63,730 nt of DNA, filler included, from a candidate division NPL-UPA2 bacterium Unc8 (GCA_003574845.1; 8 parts of 7 records of this genome joined end to end with filler, not necessarily neighbours in it); one strand, 5' to 3'; counted from the whole stretch's first letter, positions 1 through 9,837 are shown. Program-made: numbers and translations. Notes: generated from the letters alone by a model not told the origin.

Positions 1-20
1 GTAGAGAGATGAGACTGGTT

Positions 21-418
21 ATGTATCCGTTTAAAGAGATTGAAGCAAAGTGGCAAAGGCGCGCCGGCAGATTGTCCTATCCGACTGGCAGAAAGAGATG
101 GAAACTCTTTTTCTTCTTATTGCACCGTTCGCTCCTCATCTTGGAGAGGAGCTCTGGACAATGGCGGGTCATAAGAGAAGTGTTTTTGATGAGCGCTGGC
201 TTTTCTATGACAGAACGGCGCTTGAGGAAGAGGAAGTAACTGTTATCATCCAGGTCAATGGCAGAGTAAGAGAAAGAATTACACTTCCTGCTAACTCAAG
301 TGAGGAAGTTTTAAGAGAAAATGCTCTCAAGGATAAGCGCATTCAAAAATGGCTTGCCGGGAAAGAAGTGAAAAAAGTTATTGTTGCCCGGGGAAAATTA
401 GTAAATATTGTGATTTAG
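21..418 (+). pseudogene. leuS: Leucyl-tRNA synthetase remnants: N-terminal ~14 codons joined out of frame to the C-terminal ~115 codons
   Basis: 21-62 reads MYPFKEIEAKWQRR, a typical LeuRS N-terminus. Another frame (about 62-418) reads LLIAPFAPHLGEELW...IIQVNGRVR...KKVIVARGKLVNIVI, the LeuRS C-terminus. The catalytic core is absent. Confidence 0.8.
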
Positions 419-428
419 GAGGGAACCA

Positions 429-2666
429 GTGTATTCGGAAACAACTTTGAGTGGTGGGCTTGCAATTATCACTCATAGAATGCCGCAAAGCGCATCGGCG
501 AGCATTGGTTTCTGGATAAGAGCAGGAGGAAGATTTGAGACAAGAGAAAACAATGGCATCTCTCACTTTCTTGAACATCTGCTGTTTAAGGGAACACAAA
601 AAAGGACACATTATCAAATTAAAGAAGAAATTGAAGGAAGGGGTGGGAGTCTCAATGCTTTTACTTCCGAGGAGGCAACTTGCTATCTGGCACGAGTAAT
701 GAGTTGCCATCTTCCCATAGCCATTAATGTCCTCTCCGATATGATTCTTAATCCGTTATTAGAGGATGAGCATATTGAACGGGAAAGAATGGTTATACTG
801 GAGGAGATTAAAATGTACCGTGACTTTCCTTCCGCATACGTTCATGCTCTTTTTGATGAACTTCTCTGGCCAGAGCAGCCATTGGGTTTTATGATTGCCG
901 GAAGAGAAGAAGTGATTACCTCGCTGAAAAGAGGCGAAATATTTGACTATAAAAACAAGCTCTATAATTCGGCTAATATAGTGGTTGCTGTTTCTGGAAA
1001 CATTAACCACGAAGAAATAGTTAGTAAAGTAGAGAGTGCTTTTTCACCTCTTCCCGATGGTCAACGTAACCACTTCAGTAGTGTGGTGGAGAAGCAATCG
1101 GAGCCTGAGGTAAAAGTTAAAACAAAGGATACTGAGCAGACGCACCTCTGTCTTGGAGGAAGAGCGCTTCGTAGAGACCATCCAGACAAATATGCCGCTA
1201 TGGTGCTTAATACAATTCTTGGTGGGAATATGAGTTCAAGACTCTTTAATGAAGTAAGGGAGAAAAGAGGGCTTGCTTATGAGATTCACTCAAGCATTAG
1301 CGGGTTTTATGATACTGGTGTGCTGGTTATCTCTGCAGGAGTTGACAACAGAAAAGTCTCTGAAGCTGTGAGTATAATTTTAAAGGAGATGCGTAGGTTT
1401 AAAGAAGAGACGGTCTCTCATGAGGAGCTTGAACGAGCAAAGGAATTTATTACTGGACAGATTGTCCTTGGTCTTGAGAGCACCTCTGCTTACATGCACT
1501 GGCTGGGAGAAAATAAACTCCTTTTGGAGAAGACACTTACTCCTGTTGAGGTTACGGAAAAAATCAAGAGAATAAAAGCAGAGGATGTGCAGAGAATAGC
1601 CAACAGGGTTTTTGAACTGAAAGAACGCCTGAAGGACAAGCTTTATCAGTTTATAGATAAATATAAAATCAACGTGATAATTGCCGAAAACTGTCTGAGC
1701 ATTCCCCTGCATATTCCCTTGGGGCTCGCTTTAACAGAAGTAATCGCTGAAACGGGAATCCCGACCATAGCCCATCACCACGACTTTTCCTGGGAGAGGG
1801 ACAGATTTATCGTTAACGCAGTGAACGACTACATAGAGATGGCTTTCCCGCCCGATTTACCGACACTAAGACATGTGGTAATCAACAGCGTTGCTCAAAA
1901 GCAACTGGCGGCAAGGAAAGGCGTTCCCTCGTTTCTCATACCAAACGTGCTGGATTTCCATCAAAACTCTGACGAAAAGGGCGACCCCGAAAAGCGGAAA
2001 CATTTCCGGGAAGATTTCGGATTTGAGGATAATGATATAATCTTCCTGCAACCGACGAGAATCGTAGCCAGAAAAGGCATTGAACACGCCATTGACCTGG
2101 TAAGAAGGCTTGCTAATCCCAGGATAAAGCTTGTGGTCACTCACTCTTCGGAAGACGAAGGGCTGGACTATTATAACTGGATAATAGAAGATGCCCGGCG
2201 AAACCGGATACCGATATGTTTCATCGAAAACAGATTGCATAACAACCGGAGAGGGCAAAATAAGAACGAAAGAATATACAGTTTATGGGATATATATCCC
2301 CACGCAGGTTTTGTTACCTATCCCTCTTCTTTCGAAGGCTTCGGAAACGCTTTCCTGGAAGCCGTATTCTACAAGAAACCCATTCTGGTAAACAGATACT
2401 CGATATTTGTGTCGGACATAGAACCCAAGGGGTTCAAGGTGATTTCCATGGAAGGCTACCTGACCGATACCACCGTGAATGAGGTTAAAAAACTTCTCGA
2501 CAATCCCGACGCCCAAAGGAAGATGGTGGAAACGAATTTTCAAGTGGCAAAAAAGTTCTTCTCATATGACATATTAAAGAGAAGGCTGACAAGCATGTTC
2601 ATATCTTTTTACGGAATGATAGGTTGGCCCGCCCTGCAGAGAGGATTACGGGTAAGTATTCAGTGA
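429..2666 (+). CDS. Chimeric ORF: M16 (pitrilysin-family) peptidase (aa ~1-395) fused to an N-terminally truncated GT4-like glycosyltransferase
   Basis: HFLEH inverted zinc motif, NAFTS and GGNMSSRLF M16 motifs, then IAHHHDF, QPTRIVARKGIE and YPSSFEGFGNAFLEA GT-B motifs. The stop codon is supplied by the inserted MITE. Confidence 0.8.
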   Translation: MYSETTLSGGLAIITHRMPQSASASIGFWIRAGGRFETRENNGISHFLEHLLFKGTQKRTHYQIKEEIEGRGGSLNAFTSEEATCYLARVMSCHLPIAINVLSDMILNPLLEDEHIERERMVILEEIKMYRDFPSAYVHALFDELLWPEQPLGFMIAGREEVITSLKRGEIFDYKNKLYNSANIVVAVSGNINHEEIVSKVESAFSPLPDGQRNHFSSVVEKQSEPEVKVKTKDTEQTHLCLGGRALRRDHPDKYAAMVLNTILGGNMSSRLFNEVREKRGLAYEIHSSISGFYDTGVLVISAGVDNRKVSEAVSIILKEMRRFKEETVSHEELERAKEFITGQIVLGLESTSAYMHWLGENKLLLEKTLTPVEVTEKIKRIKAEDVQRIANRVFELKERLKDKLYQFIDKYKINVIIAENCLSIPLHIPLGLALTEVIAETGIPTIAHHHDFSWERDRFIVNAVNDYIEMAFPPDLPTLRHVVINSVAQKQLAARKGVPSFLIPNVLDFHQNSDEKGDPEKRKHFREDFGFEDNDIIFLQPTRIVARKGIEHAIDLVRRLANPRIKLVVTHSSEDEGLDYYNWIIEDARRNRIPICFIENRLHNNRRGQNKNERIYSLWDIYPHAGFVTYPSSFEGFGNAFLEAVFYKKPILVNRYSIFVSDIEPKGFKVISMEGYLTDTTVNEVKKLLDNPDAQRKMVETNFQVAKKFFSYDILKRRLTSMFISFYGMIGWPALQRGLRVSIQ

Positions 2667-2777
2667 ACACGTTATTCCTGGTAGCCGCAGGCTTCAGCCT
2701 GCGCCGAAGTAACGCAACCTAAAGGTTGCGGCTACCTTCAAACCTGCTTTTATACCACGTCTTTACTGAACATTTAC
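2652..2777. mobile_element. MITE-like element, copy 1 (126 bp), with internal REP doublet
   Basis: Imperfect terminal IRs GTAAGTATTCAGTGAA / TTTACTGAACATTTAC. 8-bp direct repeat GATTACGG at 2644-2651 and 2778-2785. Confidence 0.9.
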
Positions 2778-2851
2778 GATTACGGCCAGGGATTGTGTTC
2801 TCCAAAATTGTTCTTTTAGGGAAACGGAAGAGGTGAGAATGGAGGGAACAG

Positions 2852-4582
2852 ATGAAAATAGCCGTGCATATCAGTCACGAGTCGGCGAAAAAGATAGGAG
2901 GGATAGGGGCGGTTTTAAACGGGATGTGCACCGCCGGGGCCTACAAGAAGTTCTTTGATAAGACCGTCCTCTATGCCCCTCTTTTTGAGCCCGGCGGGGA
3001 CATTTTCTCCCATCTTGGAGAAGGGGCGGAAGTTCTCTTTTCCAGCAGAGATGCGCACGATGCCGGTAATTATGAGCAATTGTTCGGGGAGATTACCAGG
3101 AAGTATCATATAGAGATAGTTTACGGAAGAAGAAAACTGGTCAGTGAGTTCGAGGCAGAGCGGCAAACAAGTGCCCACCTCTTCCTTGTGGGAATCAACA
3201 CCATAAGCGATGTCGAATTAGCAAAATTCAAATATAGGCTGTGGGAAAAATTCCGTATTCAATCGGACATCTACAAGGGAAATTGGGACTACGAGCAGTA
3301 TCTGAGAATTGCCATCCCTTTTCTGGAAATACTTGAGGGGTTCTATGGAACAGGGGCGGAATACTACCATTTTGCCCATGAATACATGGGAATTCCCTGT
3401 GCCTTATCGGTTCTCCTGGAAGGTAAGAAGCATAAAACAATCTTCGTGGCCCACGAAGTATCCACGGCCAGATTTCTGGTTGAGAGTCATCCGGGGCATG
3501 ATATAAGCTTCTACAACCTGCTGCAAAAAGAACCGGGGGAGAAATCCCTGGAGGGAGTATTCGGAAGCCATAAGGGGAATCCCCGAAATGAATTGATAAA
3601 AAGGGCCGTCAGCTTCGACCGTATATTTGCGGTAAGCGACCTGGTGAGAAACGAATACCTCTTTCTGGTGCCGGACACCCCTCCCGAAAAGATAAGAACG
3701 GTGTATAACGGACTATCCGCAAAGGGTATAACCATAGACGAGAAAAAGGAAATCCGCCAAAAGATACAAAACTACCTGCGAACGCTTCTCAACTTCACTC
3801 CCGATGTCATACTGACTCATGTGACCCGGCTGGTCATCAGCAAGGGAATATGGAGAGATATTTCGCTGCTTTACAACCTGGACGAGATTTTTCATTCCTA
3901 TAATCTCAAAGGGGCCTACATTCTCCTTTCCACACTCATAGCCACGGGCCGGCCGCCTGAGGATATCCTCAGGATGGAGAAAGATTACGGATGGCCCCTC
4001 TTACATAAAGAAGGTTGGCCGGATCTGGTAGGGATGGAAACGGAAATTTACCATTATCTGCAACTGTTCAATTCCAGGTCAAAGGCCATCAGGGGAATAT
4101 TCATCAACCAGTTTGGGTTCGGCAAAAGAATATGCGGACAAAGGGTCCCGGAAGATACCACCTTTGCCGACCTCAGAATGGCTTCGGATGCGGAAATGGG
4201 TTTCTCTATATATGAGCCCTTCGGCATCGCTCAACTGGAAACCGTTCCCTTTGGCGGAGTTGCCCTTTTATCCTCATCCTGCGGGTCGGCGTTCTGGCTA
4301 GAGAATATTTTCCGTGACGCTGAAATAAAGCCGTTTTATGTCGTGGACTTTATAGAAAGCGGACGAGGAATGGGTTATGAGCAACTCCGGGCTTTGACAA
4401 AAAAACAGAGAAATACAATAGAAAGGGAAACGTTCTCCAGTCGGGCCAAAGAGATTTTCGACATTATACCCACCACCGAGAGAAAAAGAGAGGAGTATCT
4501 TGCCAACATCCCCGATTACATTTCCCCAATGAGCTGGGAAACGGTAGTGAAAAAGTATCTTCTGGCTAATCTGCCCACTTGA
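2852..4582 (+). CDS. Glycogen synthase-like glycosyltransferase (GT-B fold, GT3/GT5-like)
   Basis: N-terminal KIGGIG motif, HFAHE, YEPFGIAQLE; lies next to a glucan phosphorylase. Confidence 0.65.
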   Translation: MKIAVHISHESAKKIGGIGAVLNGMCTAGAYKKFFDKTVLYAPLFEPGGDIFSHLGEGAEVLFSSRDAHDAGNYEQLFGEITRKYHIEIVYGRRKLVSEFEAERQTSAHLFLVGINTISDVELAKFKYRLWEKFRIQSDIYKGNWDYEQYLRIAIPFLEILEGFYGTGAEYYHFAHEYMGIPCALSVLLEGKKHKTIFVAHEVSTARFLVESHPGHDISFYNLLQKEPGEKSLEGVFGSHKGNPRNELIKRAVSFDRIFAVSDLVRNEYLFLVPDTPPEKIRTVYNGLSAKGITIDEKKEIRQKIQNYLRTLLNFTPDVILTHVTRLVISKGIWRDISLLYNLDEIFHSYNLKGAYILLSTLIATGRPPEDILRMEKDYGWPLLHKEGWPDLVGMETEIYHYLQLFNSRSKAIRGIFINQFGFGKRICGQRVPEDTTFADLRMASDAEMGFSIYEPFGIAQLETVPFGGVALLSSSCGSAFWLENIFRDAEIKPFYVVDFIESGRGMGYEQLRALTKKQRNTIERETFSSRAKEIFDIIPTTERKREEYLANIPDYISPMSWETVVKKYLLANLPT

Positions 4583-7106
4583 CCAGCTCCGGATGAAGGT
4601 CCTCCACAATCGCATCCGCAGGTTTCAGGCGAACATTTAAATTCTGCTTCCCATATCCTTCCATGACAAAGGAGCACTTGTATTTGCCCGTTCCTTCCCT
4701 GCTTTCAACCAGTTCCATGGGGAGTATTTTATATTTTTCGTTTTGTCCGTCCAGGTGAAAGAGCTCTGCCTTGAAGAGCTCCGGGGAAGCGTCACCTAAC
4801 TGCACCTGGCATTCAACTTCTACGGTCTCCCCCTCAATGATATGACTTCTCTTATCCGTATTGGTGAAAGAGCGGGTTATCTTCACTCTATCCCAGTGAT
4901 TCAAAACTTCTTTTTCTTTGGACAGGGCTTCCCGGAGGAGTTTGTAATTGTCATCCTGTATCTTACGGGATTCTTCTTTCAAAGGAAGATAAAATTTCTT
5001 CACATAATCGGCAACGGCTCTGTTCATGTTGAATTCATGGCTTAAGTATATTGATTCCTTCATCATCATCACCCAGCGTTCGGGCAGGCCGGCTTCATTT
5101 CGGCTGTAATAGAGTTCAGCAATCTCCTCCTCAAGGAGAGTATATACCTGGCTGATTTCCGCCTCTTCCTGTAACTCCGGGTGGCTGTAAAACTGACCGG
5201 CTGTTATTGCCCAGCCGTTTTTTCCGTTGTAACCCTCCCTCCACCAGCCTTCAAGGGCGCTGAGGTTGAGAACTCCGTTCATGGCCGCCTTCATCCCGCT
5301 CGTCCCGCTGGCCTCCATATCTCCGATCGGGGTGTTCAGCCAGACATCTGCTCCCCAGATGAGCTGCCGGGCCATATTCATGTCATAGTTCTCCAGGAAG
5401 ATGACCCTGTCTTCCAACTCGTGCTTCCTGGCGAAATCTATAATCTCTTTGATCATATCCTTGCCGCTCTGGTCGGCGGGATGAGCCTTTCCGGCAAAGA
5501 TAAGCTGGGCCGGTCTTTTGGGGTTGGTGAGAATTCTTTTCAGTCTTTCCTCGTCCCTGAGAATCAGGGTGGGTCTCTTATAATTGGCAAAACGTCTGGC
5601 AAATACAATGGTGAGATAATCCGGATTCAACAGGCCGGTAATTTTGCCCCTGGCCTGAGAATATTTCCTCTCGGCGAGGTCCCGGGCAATTTTTGTTCTC
5701 ACAAAAGAGACAAGAATCCTTTTGTTTTTGCCGTGAGCTTCCCATATCTCTCCATCGGGGATATCCAGGACTTTTCCCCAGATTTCCCTTTTTTCCCCGT
5801 GCCGTATGTAATCAGGTCCCAGGTAGCGATTGAGGATATATGAAAAACGTTCGCTTATCCAGGATATGTGCACGCCGTTAGTAACATAATCTATGGGAAC
5901 TTCAACGATAGGTCTTTCCGGGAAGATGGTATCCCACATCTTCCGGGAAACGTCCCGGTGCTGGCGGGAAACCGCGTTGACGAACCTTGAAAATCTAATA
6001 GCCAGGGCGGGAAGCCAAAATAGCCCTTCTTTCCCTTTAACGAAACCGAGCCTGGCGAACTCATCAAAAGAAAGTCCCAGGTTCTTAACCTCCGACTCCA
6101 GATATTTCTTTATCAATTCCAGCCCGAAATGTTCATTTCCCTCTATAACCTGAGTATGGGTGGTAAACAAAGTGGAGGCTCTTATAATAGCTCTGGACTC
6201 GGAGAACGAAAATCCCTGCTCTTTCATCAACTTCTGTAGCCGGGCCATCACCAGGAAGGCGGAATGCCCTTCGTTGAGATGATAAATTGTGGGGGCTATA
6301 TTCATGGAGTCAAGGGCTTTTATCCCGCCCAGCCCGAGAACCAGTTCCTGTTGTATCCTTTTTTCCCTATCGGCCACATAGAGCTCATCCGTAATATTTC
6401 GCAAGTGAGGAGGATTATCGTCTATATCGGTATCTAAAAGAATTAACCTGCTCCTGCCGATTTCCATATGCCATAGTTTAATCCTGAGAGCCTCATTCAG
6501 GATTTTTACCTTGATATAAGCCGGTCCTCCGTGTTCGTTTCGCAGCTCCCTCACGGGCATAAGGTAATTATCGAATTTCAGGAAAACTTCTCCTTGCCGG
6601 CCGTCTATGTTTATTTTCTGGGTGAAATATCCGTATTTGTAGAGCAATCCCACCCCGATAACGGGCAGGCCCAGATCGGAAGCACTTTTCAGAAAATCTC
6701 CGGAAAGAATCCCCATCCCTCCGGCATATATGGGAACGGATTCATGGATACCAAATTCCATGAGGAAATAAGCGGCTATATCCTTTTTTCCGAGACTGCG
6801 CTGGCTGCCGTTTTCATCCCTGAAGCTGCTCACCTCCTTCATATACCCCTCAAACTTTTCCCAGACCTTTCCCAGCTCGAAGAGAAAACCCTTATCTTTG
6901 GAAAGGCTGTCCAGTTTCTCTTTGGGTAAGCTCATCAGGAATTTGATAGGATTATGGTTGACTTCCCGGAAAAGCGGCGTGTCTATACGGTAGAATAGAT
7001 TTATGCCCTCGTAATTCCAGGTCCACCAGAGGTTGTAGGCCAGTTCATAGAGTTTATGCAGATTTTCCGGGTATTTTGGGTAAACGAAAATATTCTTGAA
7101 AATCAT
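4566..7106 (-). CDS. glgP: Alpha-glucan (glycogen/maltodextrin) phosphorylase
   Basis: LAYNLWWTW, YAGGMGILSGD, HLNEGH, ARRFANYKR and the PLP-lysine motif EASGTSGMKAAMNG. Confidence 0.95.
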   Translation of the reverse strand: MIFKNIFVYPKYPENLHKLYELAYNLWWTWNYEGINLFYRIDTPLFREVNHNPIKFLMSLPKEKLDSLSKDKGFLFELGKVWEKFEGYMKEVSSFRDENGSQRSLGKKDIAAYFLMEFGIHESVPIYAGGMGILSGDFLKSASDLGLPVIGVGLLYKYGYFTQKINIDGRQGEVFLKFDNYLMPVRELRNEHGGPAYIKVKILNEALRIKLWHMEIGRSRLILLDTDIDDNPPHLRNITDELYVADREKRIQQELVLGLGGIKALDSMNIAPTIYHLNEGHSAFLVMARLQKLMKEQGFSFSESRAIIRASTLFTTHTQVIEGNEHFGLELIKKYLESEVKNLGLSFDEFARLGFVKGKEGLFWLPALAIRFSRFVNAVSRQHRDVSRKMWDTIFPERPIVEVPIDYVTNGVHISWISERFSYILNRYLGPDYIRHGEKREIWGKVLDIPDGEIWEAHGKNKRILVSFVRTKIARDLAERKYSQARGKITGLLNPDYLTIVFARRFANYKRPTLILRDEERLKRILTNPKRPAQLIFAGKAHPADQSGKDMIKEIIDFARKHELEDRVIFLENYDMNMARQLIWGADVWLNTPIGDMEASGTSGMKAAMNGVLNLSALEGWWREGYNGKNGWAITAGQFYSHPELQEEAEISQVYTLLEEEIAELYYSRNEAGLPERWVMMMKESIYLSHEFNMNRAVADYVKKFYLPLKEESRKIQDDNYKLLREALSKEKEVLNHWDRVKITRSFTNTDKRSHIIEGETVEVECQVQLGDASPELFKAELFHLDGQNEKYKILPMELVESREGTGKYKCSFVMEGYGKQNLNVRLKPADAIVEDLHPELVKWAD

Positions 7107-8308
7107 GTTCCCTCCTCCATTCTCTTTTCCAGGTCTGCCAGGACGTTTATGAAATATACATAAGCATCTTCCGGCGACGAATACGGAGAAAAATACTTAT
7201 GCACATCGCCATCCTGGAAGTATTTTGTACACATGTAGTAATAGAGGTCCGATGTGGAAAGTCTCCTGGCGATCTCAAGGAGGTCGGACCTTCCCCTCTC
7301 CTTTATCCTCTCCAATAAATCATAGGACGTTTTCATGGCATTCCCCTGGAGAGAATTGGACAGCCAGGCGGAAAGGTCTCTTTCCGTATCCGCCCATGAT
7401 ACCGGCTCGGGCACAGACAGGGACTCGGGCTCATAATTGAGGCTGTCAATCATTTCAGACGGCCAGGCGAAAGAAAGGAAATCCTTCTTCAGGACGCATT
7501 CGGGAAGATGCCTGATGAACTCGAATATCCCGGTATCGGACCATTGATGCTCGCCGAAGGTTTCATAATCCATAAAGAGGTTTAGATAAAGATTCTTGTT
7601 TTCTTTTTCTACCAGAGGCAACTTCGTTATCCAGTCAACAAATTTATCCACTTTTAGAGGATGCTCGACCCAGCTCCTATCGGAGAACCGGAAGGCAATG
7701 TCGTCGGAAAGGCGGTAATATTTGAGTAAAAGCAGGTGTTTCCGGTTATAGCTTTTGTAGGCGTAGAGCGGCGCTCTCCATTTAAGAATCTTATCCGCTC
7801 CCTCGGTAAGTATTATCCTGAACTGGGGCAGTTCCGAGACAAAATCCGAGATGCTGTCGCTGTATATTAACTCTGTATTACGGAAAGTTACCGGGCGGGC
7901 GCCGAACTCTTCCTCCAGGAGACGGGAATGCCGGCGAACCTGTTCCAGAAACTCCTCTTCATCAAAAAGACAGGAAAGGGAATGGTAATATGTCTCTCCG
8001 AGGAGTTCCACTCCCCCCTGCTGCACCAGGCCCCGGAAACTCTCCAGGACATCGGGACGGTTCTCCCGCAGCTGCTCAACGAGCGTGCCGGTTATACTGA
8101 AAGAAACCTTAAACCGCCCTTCAAATTTATCTATAAGTTCCTTCAAAATGCTGTTGGCCGGAATATAACATTTATCGGAAACTTTGTCTATGATGCTCCT
8201 GTTGAGCTCATCATCAAAATAGTGATGAGATTTACCTATATGGAGAGCTCTGTAGGGACGCAATCTATACGGCTGATGCACCTGAAAGTAAAGAATGATA
8301 TGAAGCAT
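7103..8308 (-). CDS. Glycoside hydrolase family 57 (alpha-amylase-like)
   Basis: FQVHQPYRL, ETYYHSL, FRNTELIY, DYETFGEHQW, SWADTERDLSAW. Confidence 0.92.
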   Translation of the reverse strand: MLHIILYFQVHQPYRLRPYRALHIGKSHHYFDDELNRSIIDKVSDKCYIPANSILKELIDKFEGRFKVSFSITGTLVEQLRENRPDVLESFRGLVQQGGVELLGETYYHSLSCLFDEEEFLEQVRRHSRLLEEEFGARPVTFRNTELIYSDSISDFVSELPQFRIILTEGADKILKWRAPLYAYKSYNRKHLLLLKYYRLSDDIAFRFSDRSWVEHPLKVDKFVDWITKLPLVEKENKNLYLNLFMDYETFGEHQWSDTGIFEFIRHLPECVLKKDFLSFAWPSEMIDSLNYEPESLSVPEPVSWADTERDLSAWLSNSLQGNAMKTSYDLLERIKERGRSDLLEIARRLSTSDLYYYMCTKYFQDGDVHKYFSPYSSPEDAYVYFINVLADLEKRMEEGT

Positions 8309-8309
8309 T

Positions 8310-9611
8310 TTATCTCTCTTTTATCTCTTTATATACATCCGCTATTTTCCTGGCCGTCTCTTCCCACTGGAACTTCTTTGCTTCCTCAACGCTTTTCCTG
8401 GAGACCTCTCTCAGTTTTTCGGGCTTGCTGACCAGCTCCAAAATTATAGACACAATCCGGTCTATGTCCCAGAAATCTACTTTATAGACGTTTTTTACTA
8501 CTTCCACTATGCCTGACTGCCTGGACACAATGGCCACGGCTCCGTAACTCATGGCCTCTAAAGTTACTATTCCAAAGGGCTCAGAAACGGAAGGCATGAC
8601 GAAGATATCCGCCGCCCGGAGGATTTCCTCTACCTCCTCCCTTTTCAGAAAGCCGGCAAATAGAATCTTTGTCCCCGGAGCGAAGGAAGCGCTTCTATGG
8701 AGCATCTGCCTCTGCATATCTCCAATCCCTCCCACGATAAACCTGACATTCTTCTCTTTCTCCAATACCCTGCGGGCAACCTCCAGGAAGTAATCGGGAC
8801 CCTTTTGAATAGTTATCCTTCCCAGGAAGAGGATGGTAATTTCTTTGAAGAGCCTTTTCTTTTCTTTTTCCTTCCCGCTGAGGGCAAAGGCATTGTGAGC
8901 CACCCGGATTTTCCGCTTGTCCGCCCGGTACCTTTCGGCAAGCATATTGGCGGTGTAACCGGAGACAGCTATAACCCGGTCGGCCAAACTGATACCCAGG
9001 TACTCTATATGGTGTATCCCTTCGGCTCCGGGTCCGCCGGCGCGGTCGAATTCGGTGGCGTGCATATGGACGGCCAGAGGTTTTCCCGAAAACTCCTTTA
9101 ACAAAATTCCCGCCGGATAAGTGAGCCAATCGTGAGCGTGGATTACATCAAAGTCTAATTGTTTGGCAATGCCAAAGGCAAGGGTAGTATATCTTCTTAC
9201 TTCCTGAAAGAGGAAATGGTCGCCACTGAGGAGTTGCCGAAGGTTGTCCAGGGAGCTGCTCTTACGATAGGCTTCCAACGGTTCCTCCTCCCATATCCTT
9301 TCCCATATCCTTTCCCATACCCTTTCCCCGGTGGTGTAATAAGCTCCGACAATGGCGCCTTCTTCCAAAATCTCCTTTATGGTTATCTTTCCCCCCCGCT
9401 TTTTTCGTTTGCCCGGGTCAGGGAAACTCAGGGGAAGAGAATCCGCGTCCTCTTCTTTTCTCAGAGGAAAATACACTTCTTCTTTGGTGGGAATTATAAG
9501 GTCCACTTCTATTCCCAACCTTAACAGAGCTTTCACAATCCCGTAACAGGCCATCCCCAACCCGCCGGTGAACAGGGGGGGGAACTCCCAGGTCAAGGTC
9601 AGCACTCTCAT
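8310..9611 (-). CDS. Glycosyltransferase family 4 (glycogen-cluster associated)
   Basis: WEFPP..GGLG, IHAHDWLT, FLGRITIQKGP, MPSVSEPFG. The start is better placed at ATG 9611 (GGGAGG RBS); the longer ORF-track start lies inside the MITE. Confidence 0.9.
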   Translation of the reverse strand: MRVLTLTWEFPPLFTGGLGMACYGIVKALLRLGIEVDLIIPTKEEVYFPLRKEEDADSLPLSFPDPGKRKKRGGKITIKEILEEGAIVGAYYTTGERVWERIWERIWEEEPLEAYRKSSSLDNLRQLLSGDHFLFQEVRRYTTLAFGIAKQLDFDVIHAHDWLTYPAGILLKEFSGKPLAVHMHATEFDRAGGPGAEGIHHIEYLGISLADRVIAVSGYTANMLAERYRADKRKIRVAHNAFALSGKEKEKKRLFKEITILFLGRITIQKGPDYFLEVARRVLEKEKNVRFIVGGIGDMQRQMLHRSASFAPGTKILFAGFLKREEVEEILRAADIFVMPSVSEPFGIVTLEAMSYGAVAIVSRQSGIVEVVKNVYKVDFWDIDRIVSIILELVSKPEKLREVSRKSVEEAKKFQWEETARKIADVYKEIKER

Positions 9612-9631
9612 ATCTTTATCCTCCCGAGCTC

Positions 9632-9837
9632 GTAAGTATTCAGTGAACACGTTATTCCTGGTAGCCGCAGGCTAAGTATTCAGTGAACACGTTATTCCTG
9701 GTAGCCGCAGGGTAAGTATTCAGTGAACACGTTATTCCTGGTAGCCGCAGGCTTCAGCCTGCGCCGAAGTAACGCCACCTAAAGGTTGCGGCTACCTTCA
9801 AACCTGCTTTTATACCACGTCTTTACTGAATATTTGC
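9632..9837. mobile_element. MITE-like element, copy 2 (206 bp; left 40 bp triplicated)
   Basis: Nearly the same sequence as copy 1, with three tandem 40-bp left-end units (9632, 9672, 9712). 8-bp direct repeat CCGAGCTC at 9624-9631 and 9838-9845. Confidence 0.9.

Noticed and set aside
21-418. Naturally split LeuRS or programmed frameshift
   Set aside because: Even if frameshifted the product would be only about 130 aa with no catalytic core.
9632-9751. 40-bp triplet as a CRISPR
   Set aside because: No spacers; it is the amplified left end of the MITE.
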